From: Candidatus Omnitrophota bacterium
Lineage (GTDB): Bacteria > Omnitrophota > Gorgyraeia > Zapsychrales > Fredricksoniimonadaceae
Assembly (NCBI GenBank): GCA_028865345.1
Contig: JAGWKL010000001.1
Location: 235,098 to 299,097 of the forward strand
Length of the DNA: 64,000 bases
Direction: 5' to 3'
A program made the translations under genes and the position numbers. The notes beneath the pieces are model-generated. The model was not told where the DNA came from. It made no database searches and saw only the letters and a list, made by a program, of their open reading frames with translations. This document shows positions 9,831 through 20,025 of the stretch, piece after piece; the first letter of the stretch is position 1; each line of letters starts with the position of its first letter.

Positions 9831-10775
9831 CTATTGATGGGATTGCGGCACGATGGGCACAGCCATCTTCTCAAAGCCGCGGATGATGGTCAGTAAAAAT
9901 CGGCGGCCGATTGCCTGAACACCCAGGATCCTGTGCAGGTCATCCATGCCCGTCACTAACTGCCCGTCCATGGCCACAATGATATCGCCGGGCAAAAGAC
10001 CTGCCCTGTCTGCAGGGCTGTCAGGTTCAAGCCCCATGACGCTCACCCCTGACTCCACCGGCGCTTTGTCGACATGAATGATCCCTTTGGGTAAGGGCAC
10101 ATTTTGGCCCATGATCCCGATGTAGCCGCACTCGATCCGCCCATGGTGCAAAAGCTGACCGACGATAAACTTCGCAGTATTGGAAGGAATGGCAAAACAA
10201 ATCCCCTGCGCGGGCAAAATGATGGCCGTATTGACCCCCACAACCTCACCGCGGCTGTTAAATAACGGCCCGCCGGAATTGCCCGGATTAAGAGAGGCGT
10301 CTGTCTGAATGATCTGCTCGATCAGGCGTCCCGACTGGGAACGCATGGAACGGCCCAAAGCGCTGATGACACCGGCGGTCAAGGTGCATTGGAACCCATA
10401 GGGATTACCGATGGCAACGGCGATCTGACCCACCCGCAGGCGGCTGGAATCACCCAGCGGCACGTAATTTAAGCCCTGAAGCCCGACGCGAACCACCGCC
10501 AAATCCGTATGCGGATCATCGCCGATCAACCGGGCTTCCAGCCTCCGGCCATCGGCGAAGGTCACTTCCATGGCGTGAGCCCCGTGGACCACATGGCTGT
10601 TGGTGACAATAAACCCGTCAGGTGTCAGGACAAAACCAGAGCCGCCGCCCGCCCTCGGTTTCTTGACTTCAATATTAACAACAGCCGAGGATGTCTTTTG
10701 AAAAACCCCGCTGACGGTTTGAGAATAACTGTCCAACAATTCTTCATCCGAATGGCGCGTAAGCATGACTTTCAC
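9831..10775 (-). CDS. HtrA/DegP-like trypsin-type serine protease with one PDZ domain (no obvious signal peptide)
   Basis: 'TNSHVV' His, 'GNSGGPLF' Ser catalytic motifs; C-terminal PDZ. Confidence 0.8.
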   Translation of the reverse strand: MKVMLTRHSDEELLDSYSQTVSGVFQKTSSAVVNIEVKKPRAGGGSGFVLTPDGFIVTNSHVVHGAHAMEVTFADGRRLEARLIGDDPHTDLAVVRVGLQGLNYVPLGDSSRLRVGQIAVAIGNPYGFQCTLTAGVISALGRSMRSQSGRLIEQIIQTDASLNPGNSGGPLFNSRGEVVGVNTAIILPAQGICFAIPSNTAKFIVGQLLHHGRIECGYIGIMGQNVPLPKGIIHVDKAPVESGVSVMGLEPDSPADRAGLLPGDIIVAMDGQLVTGMDDLHRILGVQAIGRRFLLTIIRGFEKMAVPIVPQSHQ

Positions 10776-10781
10776 CTTCCC

Positions 10782-11156
10782 CTATACTTTAAGCAGCTTC
10801 CTGGGAGGCAGACCGGCACCTTCAATATGCTTATGCCCCCAGTAAATCATTTCCATCAACAATGGTCTGAGATCTTTCCCGCGCCTGGTCAGCCTGTAGG
10901 CATACCGTACCGGCGCTTTCTGATAGGGACGCTTTTCAATGATCCCATATTCCTCAAGGTTTCTGAGCCTGTCTGTCAGGATATTCGTAGCGATCCCCTC
11001 GAAAGACTCCAGAAATTCATTGAACGTTTTTTTCTTCAAGAACATCATGTCCCGGATGACCAAAAGCGTCCATTTGTCACCGATCAAATCCAGAGTATTG
11101 GTCACGGGACATTGGGAACGCTCCAGGCATCCGGTCAACTTTTTGGCCGCGGTCAT
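10782..11156 (-). CDS. HxlR-family winged-helix transcriptional regulator
   Basis: 'CPVTNTLDLIGDKWTLLVIRDM' HxlR signature. Confidence 0.75.
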   Translation of the reverse strand: MTAAKKLTGCLERSQCPVTNTLDLIGDKWTLLVIRDMMFLKKKTFNEFLESFEGIATNILTDRLRNLEEYGIIEKRPYQKAPVRYAYRLTRRGKDLRPLLMEMIYWGHKHIEGAGLPPRKLLKV

Positions 11157-11812
11157 TTGGATGCCATGGCACTCATCGCTTCCTGGCAGTATTGCGTATA
11201 GTCTTTATAACACGTTTGATAAAACGGCTTGGACTTGAGATTCAAGCGCCACTTTTTGAGGGACGGATATTTCTCCAGGCTGATGCGGGCGATTTCACAT
11301 GAATCCAAAACAGCCAATAAATTGATATCGGCAAGGCTGAATTCACTTCCCGCAAGACAGGCATTCCCTGACAACTGCCTCTCCAAGACAGGAAAATACT
11401 TGTCCAGAAACTCCAGGCCTACACGCAGAGACTCCTCGTCGACCTTTTGGCCGGACATGGGGGCAAAGACCCGGTTAAAAATGACCCGTCCCATGGCGTG
11501 GGCCACATGGATGGACGCATAATCCGTCCATGCGTCGATGACCGCCCGCTTTTGGGCGTCCATAGGATAAAGAGAAGAATTATATCGCACAGCAAGATAA
11601 CGGTTTATGGCGTTGCTTTCAAACAATTTAAAACCGTCTATGTCCACGGCCGGGATCTTGCCCGTCGGTGAAATACTCAAGTATTCGGGCGTCTGGTTCT
11701 CCCGCGCCATGGGGCTTATGGGCACCCACTCATACTTGAGGTTCAAAAAGTTTAAGGCATAACGCACCTTGGCCACAGCAGAAGAAACCCCGATTCCATA
11801 AAGCTTGATCAT
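11153..11812 (-). CDS. Glutathione S-transferase family protein
   Basis: Thioredoxin-like N-domain 'KLYGIGVSSAVAKVRYAL...IPAVDIDGFKLFESNAINRYL' followed by helical C-domain. Confidence 0.75.
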   Translation of the reverse strand: MIKLYGIGVSSAVAKVRYALNFLNLKYEWVPISPMARENQTPEYLSISPTGKIPAVDIDGFKLFESNAINRYLAVRYNSSLYPMDAQKRAVIDAWTDYASIHVAHAMGRVIFNRVFAPMSGQKVDEESLRVGLEFLDKYFPVLERQLSGNACLAGSEFSLADINLLAVLDSCEIARISLEKYPSLKKWRLNLKSKPFYQTCYKDYTQYCQEAMSAMASK

Positions 11813-12211
11813 AACATGTCCTTTCTTGGGTTAGCTTGTATTTCGCAAGTTACATGCGCAACTCTAACACAGTTACTTTCAAATTGCAAGTTATTTCTGT
11901 GGGCCCCGGCCGACACCCGGTCGGCCGTCCTTTTAAGCCTTTACAGCGGCGAATTCGAGATATCGTGCGTGGCTCCCGACACGCCGCTAGCCTTTGGATT
12001 CCATCGGACCTTTTTTGATCCGCCTGGAAATATGCACCTGCACCCGCCGCTTGGGCGAAATCTTCCGGTGAGGCTGGCGCATAATGGACGCCTGGTATCC
12101 GGGCTCATCGTGGTAATGGGTCTTTTCTGTTCTTAAAATCTTTCCCCTTGTCATCATTCTATGGTTAGTTTAGCATTCACCGGATTAAAACAAGATTAAA
12201 ATAAGATGAAG

Positions 12212-13390
12212 TCAAGGTTCGGACATCAGCATGAAAGATAAGAATACAATACCCGCCGCGACGATCGTTGAGCCGGCATACCATGCCTTCAAGGATATAT
12301 GTGTCATTTCAACGGCTTTCCCCATCCCGTACGCAGCAACGCCGTAGCCCAGCATATAGGAGGCCATAAGCCACCCTGATATTTTTTCAGCCAGGGGTGC
12401 ATGAATTTTCTGCCCGAAATTAAACGTCAGCGGAAAGAATGCCGAACATGACAGACCGGCTGCGGCAAATAAAAGGATGCCTGTCAACGGTGAGGAAGCC
12501 GTACTGACCCCTGCCAGCGACAAAGTGATCAACACCGGCAAAACCATGTAGACCCAACGCGCCGCCACCCACACGGAGATGATAGACACCAAAAGCCTTC
12601 CGATGCTCACCATGATCCAGAAAGCGGCCAGGGCATATCCGGCCTCCTGAAGCCCCACACCCTTTTCCTTGTTCAGAAAAATGATGGCCCAATTGGCAAA
12701 TAAAGTCTCGCAATATCCATATAAAAAAACAGCAAGGATAAATAACCGTACCCTGGCACGCCACGGGGCTTTGGAACCGGCAGATGTAAGAGTCCCCGTT
12801 GGAACCGGCCGCTTAATCCTAAAAGGTAAAACAAGCGCACTTGCCCCTAAAATGACCAACGCTCCTGCCACGGCAACAGGAAGCACCCACCAGCCGATTT
12901 TCCTGACCAGGACAGCCACCAAAAACGGCGCCAGGGCCGTGCCCAGTCCCAAAAGCGTGTGCAATACCGTCAGGGCCGAAGCTGTATTGCCCGGAAAAAA
13001 ATCCGCAGCATAAACATTGATGGTTGGCAATGTTGCGCCGAAACCCGCGCCGACAAAGCCCGTTCCTAAAATAACCAGAAAATAAGCGGCCTGATGCTCG
13101 TGCCGGACACATTGGCTGGAGGCGATCAGCGCCATGGCCAGTAAGTTGAAAAGCAGCCCAATCCGAAAAACCGCTCTTATCCCCCACCTTTGCGCAGAAG
13201 CCGGGCCTGACAATGCTGCAACAATGGCCACCAGCACCTGGGGAATAAATAGCGAACCGTATTCACTATTGGAAAAACCGAATCCGGAAGCGCTTGTAAA
13301 AACAAGGCTGGCTGCCGGGACTGTCACCAGCACAAGCCCTTGAAAAAGGCCTGTCAGGTAGACACATAAAATTTCCAGCTTCCGGACCAT
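12212..13390 (-). CDS. MFS transporter (12 TM; start likely MVRKLEIL...)
   Basis: Two 6-TM halves, Gly-rich helices; upstream extension of the ORF would overlap pncB. Confidence 0.7.
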   Translation of the reverse strand: MVRKLEILCVYLTGLFQGLVLVTVPAASLVFTSASGFGFSNSEYGSLFIPQVLVAIVAALSGPASAQRWGIRAVFRIGLLFNLLAMALIASSQCVRHEHQAAYFLVILGTGFVGAGFGATLPTINVYAADFFPGNTASALTVLHTLLGLGTALAPFLVAVLVRKIGWWVLPVAVAGALVILGASALVLPFRIKRPVPTGTLTSAGSKAPWRARVRLFILAVFLYGYCETLFANWAIIFLNKEKGVGLQEAGYALAAFWIMVSIGRLLVSIISVWVAARWVYMVLPVLITLSLAGVSTASSPLTGILLFAAAGLSCSAFFPLTFNFGQKIHAPLAEKISGWLMASYMLGYGVAAYGMGKAVEMTHISLKAWYAGSTIVAAGIVFLSFMLMSEP

Positions 13391-13488
13391 GGGAGGGGTA
13401 TCATAACACAAATCCTTATACACCGCACCGTATCCATAGAAAATGAATTTTAGTTTGCCCCTCGTGTTTGCGGCAGGAAAGAAACTTT

Positions 13489-14841
13489 TCAACGGCCCGT
13501 TCTTTGGAAACGGTCTGCGAGTTGTGATAATTTATGGCTGTATTCGATAAGGACCCGCGGCCTTCTTTGTAGAGAAGATACCCACGGCGCCAGCCGTTGC
13601 CGCAGGTATTGCCTGGACTCTTCCATGGACGGCAAACGTGAGACCAGGCGGCCGTCCTTGACGATCAATCGAAGAAGCGAGCGGCCTCCTGCCGGAGGTT
13701 TTTCGCGGCTTAAGGCGATCACATCTTTTTTGATCCCTCCTTTTTGATCCGTAATCCTGAAAACCTGTTTGTGGCCGGGGACCGTCTGCTTGCGGGGGCT
13801 GTTCTTGGCTTTGAATTTGATGCCCTGGCCGTCTTTTGTCTGGACCAATTTATAGGTCAGGTTCAAGACCGGACAATCCGGAGAAACCATCAGCTCCGTC
13901 CCCACGCCGAAAATATCAATGGGGGACTTTTGCCGGATGAGTTTGAGGATCTTATGTTCGTCGAGATTGCCGCTGGCCATAATCTTCACGCTTTTCAAGC
14001 CTGCATGGTCCAATATTCTTCTTACTTTCTTACTTAATAAAGACAAATTTCCGCTGTCAAGACGCACGCCCTTGATCCGTTCCCTGATGTCGAGTGTCGT
14101 GATCATCTTGACGGACTTGAGAGTGTCATAGGTATCAATCAGTACGACGGTATCGTCGGGAAAGACGTCATGGAATTTCCGGAATGATTCCTCTTCCCGG
14201 TCAAATGCTTCGACCCATGCATGGGCCATGGTCCCGTAAAGGGGTATGCCGAATTCCTGCCCCGCCCGCACATTGGAGGTGCCTTCGGCACCGCCGATAT
14301 AGGCGGCACGGGCGGACAATAAGGCGGCTTCCAATCCATGCGCCCTGCGGGCCCCGAAATCAATGACGTGCCTTTGCCTGCCGTCGCAACGCGCGGCCAG
14401 ACTCAAGCGCGCGGCCTTGGTGGCCACCATGGATTCAATGTTGAAAATGGATAAAAGACATGTCTCCAGGACCTGGGCTTCAATGATCGGCGCTTCAATA
14501 TGGATGACCGGTTCTCGGGCGAAGAATATCTCCCCTTCGGGCATGGCCCAGATGTTCCCCGTGAATTTAAAACCCTTCAGGTAATCGAAAAAATCCTTGG
14601 CCACAGATTTAAAAACGGACAGTGATCTTAAATAGGCAACGTCTTGAGAGGAAAATCTTAAATTCAGAACATAATCAACGGCTTGTTGAAGGCCGCAGGC
14701 GACCAAAAAAGGCCTGGCCGGCGGCATGGAATGGCAAATGAGTTCAAAACCGGCCGTCATACGGGCATCGTTCTGAAAGTACCCGGCAGCCATGGTCAAT
14801 TCATAAAGATCAATGTGCAGACCAAGGTCCTTCTTAAACAT
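13489..14841 (-). CDS. pncB: Nicotinate phosphoribosyltransferase
   Basis: 'HIDLYELTMAAGYF' N-terminus and NAPRTase length/fold (450 aa). Confidence 0.85.
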   Translation of the reverse strand: MFKKDLGLHIDLYELTMAAGYFQNDARMTAGFELICHSMPPARPFLVACGLQQAVDYVLNLRFSSQDVAYLRSLSVFKSVAKDFFDYLKGFKFTGNIWAMPEGEIFFAREPVIHIEAPIIEAQVLETCLLSIFNIESMVATKAARLSLAARCDGRQRHVIDFGARRAHGLEAALLSARAAYIGGAEGTSNVRAGQEFGIPLYGTMAHAWVEAFDREEESFRKFHDVFPDDTVVLIDTYDTLKSVKMITTLDIRERIKGVRLDSGNLSLLSKKVRRILDHAGLKSVKIMASGNLDEHKILKLIRQKSPIDIFGVGTELMVSPDCPVLNLTYKLVQTKDGQGIKFKAKNSPRKQTVPGHKQVFRITDQKGGIKKDVIALSREKPPAGGRSLLRLIVKDGRLVSRLPSMEESRQYLRQRLAPWVSSLQRRPRVLIEYSHKLSQLADRFQRTGR

Positions 14842-15430
14842 TTTGATGGCCCCTTTGTTTGATCTCCATGAAAGTCGTTTTCTTGGCCCCCGCCATGGTC
14901 ATGGCATCCATGGCCCCTTGGCAGGCCGCCTCACCGATACCTCTAACGGCATCGTCAAGGACATAAACAACAAAACCATTTTTTAAAGCATCCAGGACCG
15001 TCGACCGGACACAGTATTCCGTCGCTAATCCTCCGATAAAAAGCGTTTTGACCTGAAGCTTTTTCAATATATCTGGAAAACTTTCATGCCAGGCATCTTG
15101 CGCTTCAAAGACAGAGTAACCATCCTTAAGTTCATCCATGCCCTTGGAGAGGATGATGGCAGACTCGGGTAATTCCAGTTGGGGATGAAAATCAGCTCCG
15201 GGCGTATGTTGAATGCAGTGTTCGGGCCATGGGCCCCCGTTGGTTTTGAAATGACGGCTTTCCCTGGGGTGCCAGTCCCTGGAGGCCATGACCGGCAGGC
15301 CTTTCTGCCGAAAATAAGCCGCATACCGGTTTAAGGGCATAACCACCCTGCCCCCATCGGGCACGGCCAGGGCCCCGCCGGGACAAAAGTCATTTTGCAC
15401 ATCAACGATCAATAAAGCTCCTGTACTCAT
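14834..15430 (-). CDS. pncA: Nicotinamidase/pyrazinamidase (isochorismatase family)
   Basis: 'LLIVDVQNDFCPGGALAV' motif; catalytic Cys region 'TEYCV'; overlaps pncB by 8 nt. Confidence 0.85.
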   Translation of the reverse strand: MSTGALLIVDVQNDFCPGGALAVPDGGRVVMPLNRYAAYFRQKGLPVMASRDWHPRESRHFKTNGGPWPEHCIQHTPGADFHPQLELPESAIILSKGMDELKDGYSVFEAQDAWHESFPDILKKLQVKTLFIGGLATEYCVRSTVLDALKNGFVVYVLDDAVRGIGEAACQGAMDAMTMAGAKKTTFMEIKQRGHQNV

Positions 15431-15671
15431 AGGTCCTCCGCCATGGCTCTATTATAACACTAAACCTTTTCTAATTCTTCGACTCCATCAAGGGCGAGTG
15501 TCAATTCTGTCTCTGCCTGGGGGAAAAAGGGCTGCTTCTCGGTGAAGGCCAGGCGGCGATCTTCCTTATTTGTATGCACCGGCCCGTGAAGCAAATAACT
15601 CTCACGGTTTAACGTAACAAAATACAGATTACAAAAAAATAAGAGGGAAATTGATGTTAAACTGACTTTAT

Positions 15672-15866
15672 ATGAGCTTGGAAGAATTTGTCCATTTTCT
15701 CTGCCCTTACTGCAGCCAAACAAACCAACTTCCGGTGGACATCACCGCGGGAAACTCTCAGGAGATTGTCGTCGACTGCGAAGTCTGCTGTGCACCGGTC
15801 GTCCTGAATATCAGGTTGCGTGGCAATGAAATACTAACGGTTGAAGCAAGAAAAGAGAACGAATGA
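15672..15866 (+). CDS. CPXCG-motif cysteine-rich small protein (zinc-ribbon-like)
   Basis: 'CPYCSQ...DCEVCCAP' four-Cys arrangement in 64 aa. Confidence 0.55.
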   Translation: MSLEEFVHFLCPYCSQTNQLPVDITAGNSQEIVVDCEVCCAPVVLNIRLRGNEILTVEARKENE

Positions 15867-15906
15867 TGCCGATGGATTAAAAACGGCGGTTATGGTAGAT
15901 TAAAGT

Positions 15907-16284
15907 ATGTCTCAAATCATTTTGGTGGTGGATGATGACCGCAGCATCGTACACACCTTGAAATCGATCTTATTAAAAAACGGTTTCGAAGTCCTCACGG
16001 CCAATAACGGCGAAGAGGCCTTAAAATTGATCAAAACCAACCGGCCGGACATGGTCATTACCGATTTAATGATGCCGGTCATGGATGGATGGTATCTCAG
16101 CATGAACGTCCGCAGGGACCCGCGGTTTAAGAAGACCCCGATCATCGTCATCAGCGGGATATTAAACCCTGAAGCTGTGCAGCAGGACCCTGAAGCCTCG
16201 ACATTCTATGTGCCTAAACCCTTCGCTGCGACGGCGCTGATGGAAAAAATCAAAGAAATCTTCATCAGCCGTCGAAATCCTTAA
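15907..16284 (+). CDS. Single-domain CheY-like response regulator
   Basis: 'ILVVDDDRS...DMVITDLMMPVMDG...IIVISG...KPF'; paralog of the 48274..48663 gene. Confidence 0.8.
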   Translation: MSQIILVVDDDRSIVHTLKSILLKNGFEVLTANNGEEALKLIKTNRPDMVITDLMMPVMDGWYLSMNVRRDPRFKKTPIIVISGILNPEAVQQDPEASTFYVPKPFAATALMEKIKEIFISRRNP

Positions 16285-16687
16285 ATCTGCCGACGATCAT
16301 ATCCCTGACCCTGCGGAATTCTTCCAGAACGATATCGCTTTCTTCCTGCCCATGAGGCGGGTCCGGAAAAGGCCAATGCAGGACCCTGGTTGCGCCTGGA
16401 AATACCGGGCAGGATTCTTTGGCATTATCGCAAACCGTAAAGACATAATCCATCCGCCGGCCTTTGAACTCATCCACATGCTTTGAACGGTGCCCGGAAA
16501 TGTCAATGCCGATCTCCTTCATCACCCTGATGGCCATGGGATCGACCGCCGAAGGTTTAGTGCCGGCGCTAAATACTTCAAATTCCTCTCTCTTATAATG
16601 GCGCAAGACACCTTCGGCCATTTGAGAACGGCAGGAATTGCCCGTACACAAAATAAGGACTTTTTTCTTCATAGAGCTACCTTTCAC
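16265..16687 (-). CDS. arsC: Arsenate reductase, LMW-PTP/thioredoxin-coupled type
   Basis: '[18 protein letters not shown]' P-loop CX5R motif and downstream Cys pair. Confidence 0.85.
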   Translation of the reverse strand: MKGSSMKKKVLILCTGNSCRSQMAEGVLRHYKREEFEVFSAGTKPSAVDPMAIRVMKEIGIDISGHRSKHVDEFKGRRMDYVFTVCDNAKESCPVFPGATRVLHWPFPDPPHGQEESDIVLEEFRRVRDMIVGRFKDFDG

Positions 16688-17759
16688 AACAAAATTTTAT
16701 TTGAATATCGTTCCTGAGCATTTTTGCGGCATTGACCAGGGCTATCATCACCGGGACCTCGATCAAAGGCCCGATGACGGCTGCAAAAGCTGTTCCTGAA
16801 TTGATCCCGAAAACCGCCACTGCAACGGCGATAGCGAGTTCGAAGTTATTGCTTGCCGCCGTGAATGACAGCGTGACTGTTTTGCCGTAATCAGCGCCCG
16901 CCCTCCTGCCCATGGCAAACGAGACAAAAAACATGATCAGAAAATAGATCAAAAGCGGGATGGCGATCCGGACGACATCCATGGGGATCTTCACAATATA
17001 TTCACCCTTAAGAGAAAACATCACGAAAATGGTAAAAAGAAGGGCTGCCAACGTCATGGGGCTGATACGCGGGATGAACACCTTTTCATACCATTCCTTG
17101 CCTTTAAAGCGGAGCAAAAAAAACCTTGAGATCAGGCCGGCCGAAAAAGGAATGCCAAGATAGATTAAAACGCTTTTGGCGATCTGCATGATGGTGACAT
17201 TGACAACCGCTCCTTTAAGGCCGAAGAAGCCGGGAAGTATCGTGATGAAAACCCACGCGTATACTGAAAAGAACAGCACCTGAAAAACGGCATTAAACGC
17301 CACCAATCCCGCACAATACTCGGTGTCCCCATTGGCAAGGTCATTCCAAACAATGACCATGGCGATACACCGGGCCAAGCCGATCATGATCAATCCGACC
17401 ATATATTCGGGATATCCTCTTAAGAATGTCACGGCCAGAACAAACATCAATACCGGGCCGATGACCCAGTTCTGGATGAGAGAAAGAGCAAGGACCTTAT
17501 AATCCTTAAATACATCCCGAAGTTCCTCATATTTCACCTTGGCCAAAGGCGGGTACATCATGAGGATGAGGCCCACCGCTATCGGCACATTGGTCGTGCC
17601 TGATTGGAACCGGCCCCAGAATCCCGCAATGCCCGGAACACAATATCCCACGGCGACGCCCAGGGCCATGGCACCAAAAATCCACAGCGTCAAGAACCGG
17701 TCCAAAAAGGACAGCTTTTTCACATGCCCCTCCTTCGCGGGGGAGCTACGCGGCAACAT
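16677..17759 (-). CDS. acr3: ACR3-family arsenite efflux permease
   Basis: '[25 protein letters not shown]' canonical ACR3 N-terminus; about 10 TM; likely starts at the GTG/Val just before KKLSF. Confidence 0.85.
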   Translation of the reverse strand: MLPRSSPAKEGHVKKLSFLDRFLTLWIFGAMALGVAVGYCVPGIAGFWGRFQSGTTNVPIAVGLILMMYPPLAKVKYEELRDVFKDYKVLALSLIQNWVIGPVLMFVLAVTFLRGYPEYMVGLIMIGLARCIAMVIVWNDLANGDTEYCAGLVAFNAVFQVLFFSVYAWVFITILPGFFGLKGAVVNVTIMQIAKSVLIYLGIPFSAGLISRFFLLRFKGKEWYEKVFIPRISPMTLAALLFTIFVMFSLKGEYIVKIPMDVVRIAIPLLIYFLIMFFVSFAMGRRAGADYGKTVTLSFTAASNNFELAIAVAVAVFGINSGTAFAAVIGPLIEVPVMIALVNAAKMLRNDIQIKFCCER

Positions 17760-18031
17760 CCCCCTTCTATTTTAATGGCCTTGATATTGACAAACCCGTC
17801 AGCGATCTTCTTATGCGCTGCCGCCAGTATCCTCGTAAAAGTCGGCCTGGAGACTTGCATGAGCCGCCCGGCCTGCGCATGCGTCAACTCTTCCAGGTCG
17901 GCCAAACGTACCGCTTCAAATTCATCGACCGTCAAACAAATGCCGTCGAGCTTGCCCACAGGCTTGTCCTGAGGGCGGAAACACCGCTCCCCCGGAAAAC
18001 ACTTAACCCATCTGATTTTCTTTGGTCTCAT
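17720..18031 (-). CDS. DUF134/UPF0251 family putative DNA-binding protein (sigma-70 region-4-like HTH)
   Basis: '[59 protein letters not shown]' matches the DUF134 pattern. Confidence 0.6.
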   Translation of the reverse strand: MRPKKIRWVKCFPGERCFRPQDKPVGKLDGICLTVDEFEAVRLADLEELTHAQAGRLMQVSRPTFTRILAAAHKKIADGFVNIKAIKIEGGCCRVAPPRRRGM

Positions 18032-18176
18032 AGGCCCCCGTATTATGAACTATGGTTCATTATAGGTCAAACAAATTGTTCATGTCAAAATATTTATTTG
18101 CCCATGGAGTTCGGTGGATGAATTACCCTGCAGCAGCCTGACAGGGTGATTCATTTCAAATATTCTCCTCTCAGAT

Positions 18177-18968
18177 CTACGGGTAGGTTTGACCTGTAGG
18201 ACGGATCATGATTTCAGAAACATTAACATGCGGCGGCTGGGAGAGAAGCCAAACTATCCCATCGGCAATGGCCTGAGGTTCTAAAAGTTTTCCGAATTGA
18301 GCGACATTCTTGCCAAAGTTCTCTTGCGTATACCCGGCGACGTCCAGGAACCCGCTCAGGACGATCCCCGGCATGACTACAGAGACCCTGACACCTGCAG
18401 GGGCCACCTCACGGCGCAATCCTTCAGCAACGGCAGTAATGGCAAATTTACTGGAACCGTAAAAAGAACTGAATGGTGAAACATGCCGTCCCACGACCGA
18501 TCCGACAGCAACAATAGACCCGCGCTTTTCCTGGACCATATACTTTGCGGCGCGGCGCATCAGATGCGCGGCGCCAAGAACATTGATCCGGTAAATATCC
18601 TCCCAAACAGACTCATCACTGGTCATTAAACCTCCTGCAATGCCCCGCCCGGCGTTGACGATGACAAAATCATACTTACGGCCGCCTTCCTTCCAATCCA
18701 GCGTGTCCTTAAGAAGCCTCTCGATATCCGGGACCCTGCCGGCATCCCCGGGTACGACAAGGGCCTTCCCGCCGGCGGAAAGGATCTCCTTGGAAAGTTT
18801 ATCCAGACGGTCCTTGCGCCGGGCATTAATGACGACCGCCGCGCCATTTTGGGCCAATGCCAATGCCGTCGCCATCCCGATCCCGGAACTTGCGCCAGTA
18901 ATGACCGCCGTTTTCCCTGAAAACGGTTGAGTTGAAATAATTTTATCTTTTTTTATTCTTTGCATCAT
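18177..18968 (-). CDS. SDR-family short-chain dehydrogenase/reductase
   Basis: 'TGASSGIG' Rossmann motif, YxxxK catalytic region. Confidence 0.8.
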   Translation of the reverse strand: MMQRIKKDKIISTQPFSGKTAVITGASSGIGMATALALAQNGAAVVINARRKDRLDKLSKEILSAGGKALVVPGDAGRVPDIERLLKDTLDWKEGGRKYDFVIVNAGRGIAGGLMTSDESVWEDIYRINVLGAAHLMRRAAKYMVQEKRGSIVAVGSVVGRHVSPFSSFYGSSKFAITAVAEGLRREVAPAGVRVSVVMPGIVLSGFLDVAGYTQENFGKNVAQFGKLLEPQAIADGIVWLLSQPPHVNVSEIMIRPTGQTYP

Positions 18969-19109
18969 TTAACTCCCTTCTTATAGAAACCAGTCAATAA
19001 GCGTTTTTATTATAATCTCATAATGGCATTAACGACAAGCGATTCACCATTGCCCTAATATTATTTTTCTGCTTTTTAAGACATGCTAAATAATATACTA
19101 TATTGAACT

Positions 19110-20024
19110 ATGATTCCTATCGATGTCCGTAATTTGAATAAGACATACAAAGGCAATTTCCAGGCGCTAAAGAACATAAACCTCCATATTAAAACCGGAG
19201 AAATTTTTGCCTTGCTGGGGCCCAACGGGGCGGGTAAAACCACTTTGATCAACACCATTTGCGGCATCGTCCGCCCAACCAATGGGACGATCACGGTCGA
19301 TGGCCACGACATTATCACCGATTTTCGCGCGGCCCGTTCTTTGATCGGTCTTGTCCCCCAAGAATTGGCCACCGACGCTTTCGAGACCGTATGGCATACC
19401 GTCAATTTCAGCCGGGGCCTCTTTGGATTGGCGCCCAACCGTGCGTATGTTGAGAAAATCATTCGCCAATTGTCCTTATGGGACAAGAAAAACAATAAGA
19501 TCATGACCCTTTCGGGCGGCATGAAACGTCGCGTTATGATTGCAAAAGCCCTGTCCCATGAACCTAAAATCTTATTTTTGGATGAACCGAGTGCCGGCGT
19601 CGACGTATCTTTACGCAAAGACATGTGGGAGAACGTGCGTACCCTGCGCGATTCCGGAGTAACAATCATCTTGACGACTCATTATCTGGAGGAGGCGGAA
19701 GAGATGGCCGACCGCATCAGCGTTATCAATAAAGGCGAGATCATTCTCACGGACAACAAAGACGACCTGATGAAAAAACTTGGGCACAAAACCCTGACGA
19801 TCGACCTGGATCAGCCGTTAAACACTGTTCCCCCATTTTTATCCGCCTGGAAACTGGACTTGGATGCCTGCGCCAAACAATTACATTATCATTACAGCAC
19901 CGCGGGCGGCGATACGAAAGTCCCTCAACTCCTGGCTGGTTTATCAAAGGCAGGCATTGCCTACAAAGACATTCATACAAATCAAAGCTCTCTGGAAGAG
20001 ATCTTTATCGAACTGATTAAATAA
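19110..20024 (+). CDS. ABC transporter ATP-binding protein (ABC-2 type)
   Basis: Walker A 'GPNGAGKTT', signature 'LSGGMKRR', Walker B 'ILFLDEP'. Confidence 0.85.
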   Translation: MIPIDVRNLNKTYKGNFQALKNINLHIKTGEIFALLGPNGAGKTTLINTICGIVRPTNGTITVDGHDIITDFRAARSLIGLVPQELATDAFETVWHTVNFSRGLFGLAPNRAYVEKIIRQLSLWDKKNNKIMTLSGGMKRRVMIAKALSHEPKILFLDEPSAGVDVSLRKDMWENVRTLRDSGVTIILTTHYLEEAEEMADRISVINKGEIILTDNKDDLMKKLGHKTLTIDLDQPLNTVPPFLSAWKLDLDACAKQLHYHYSTAGGDTKVPQLLAGLSKAGIAYKDIHTNQSSLEEIFIELIK

Positions 20025-20025
20025 T

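Noticed and set aside
11816-12136. 106-aa plus-strand ORF in the gap upstream of the GST gene
   Set aside because: No RBS, Arg/Pro/Leu-rich low-complexity translation, sits in what is more plausibly the promoter/5' region of the divergent GST-HxlR operon. Treated as non-coding (see hairpin finding).
15460-15723. 87-aa minus-strand ORF overlapping the CPXCG gene
   Set aside because: Overlaps a recognisable CPXCG family member on the opposite strand. Translation has no motifs; the CPXCG reading was preferred.
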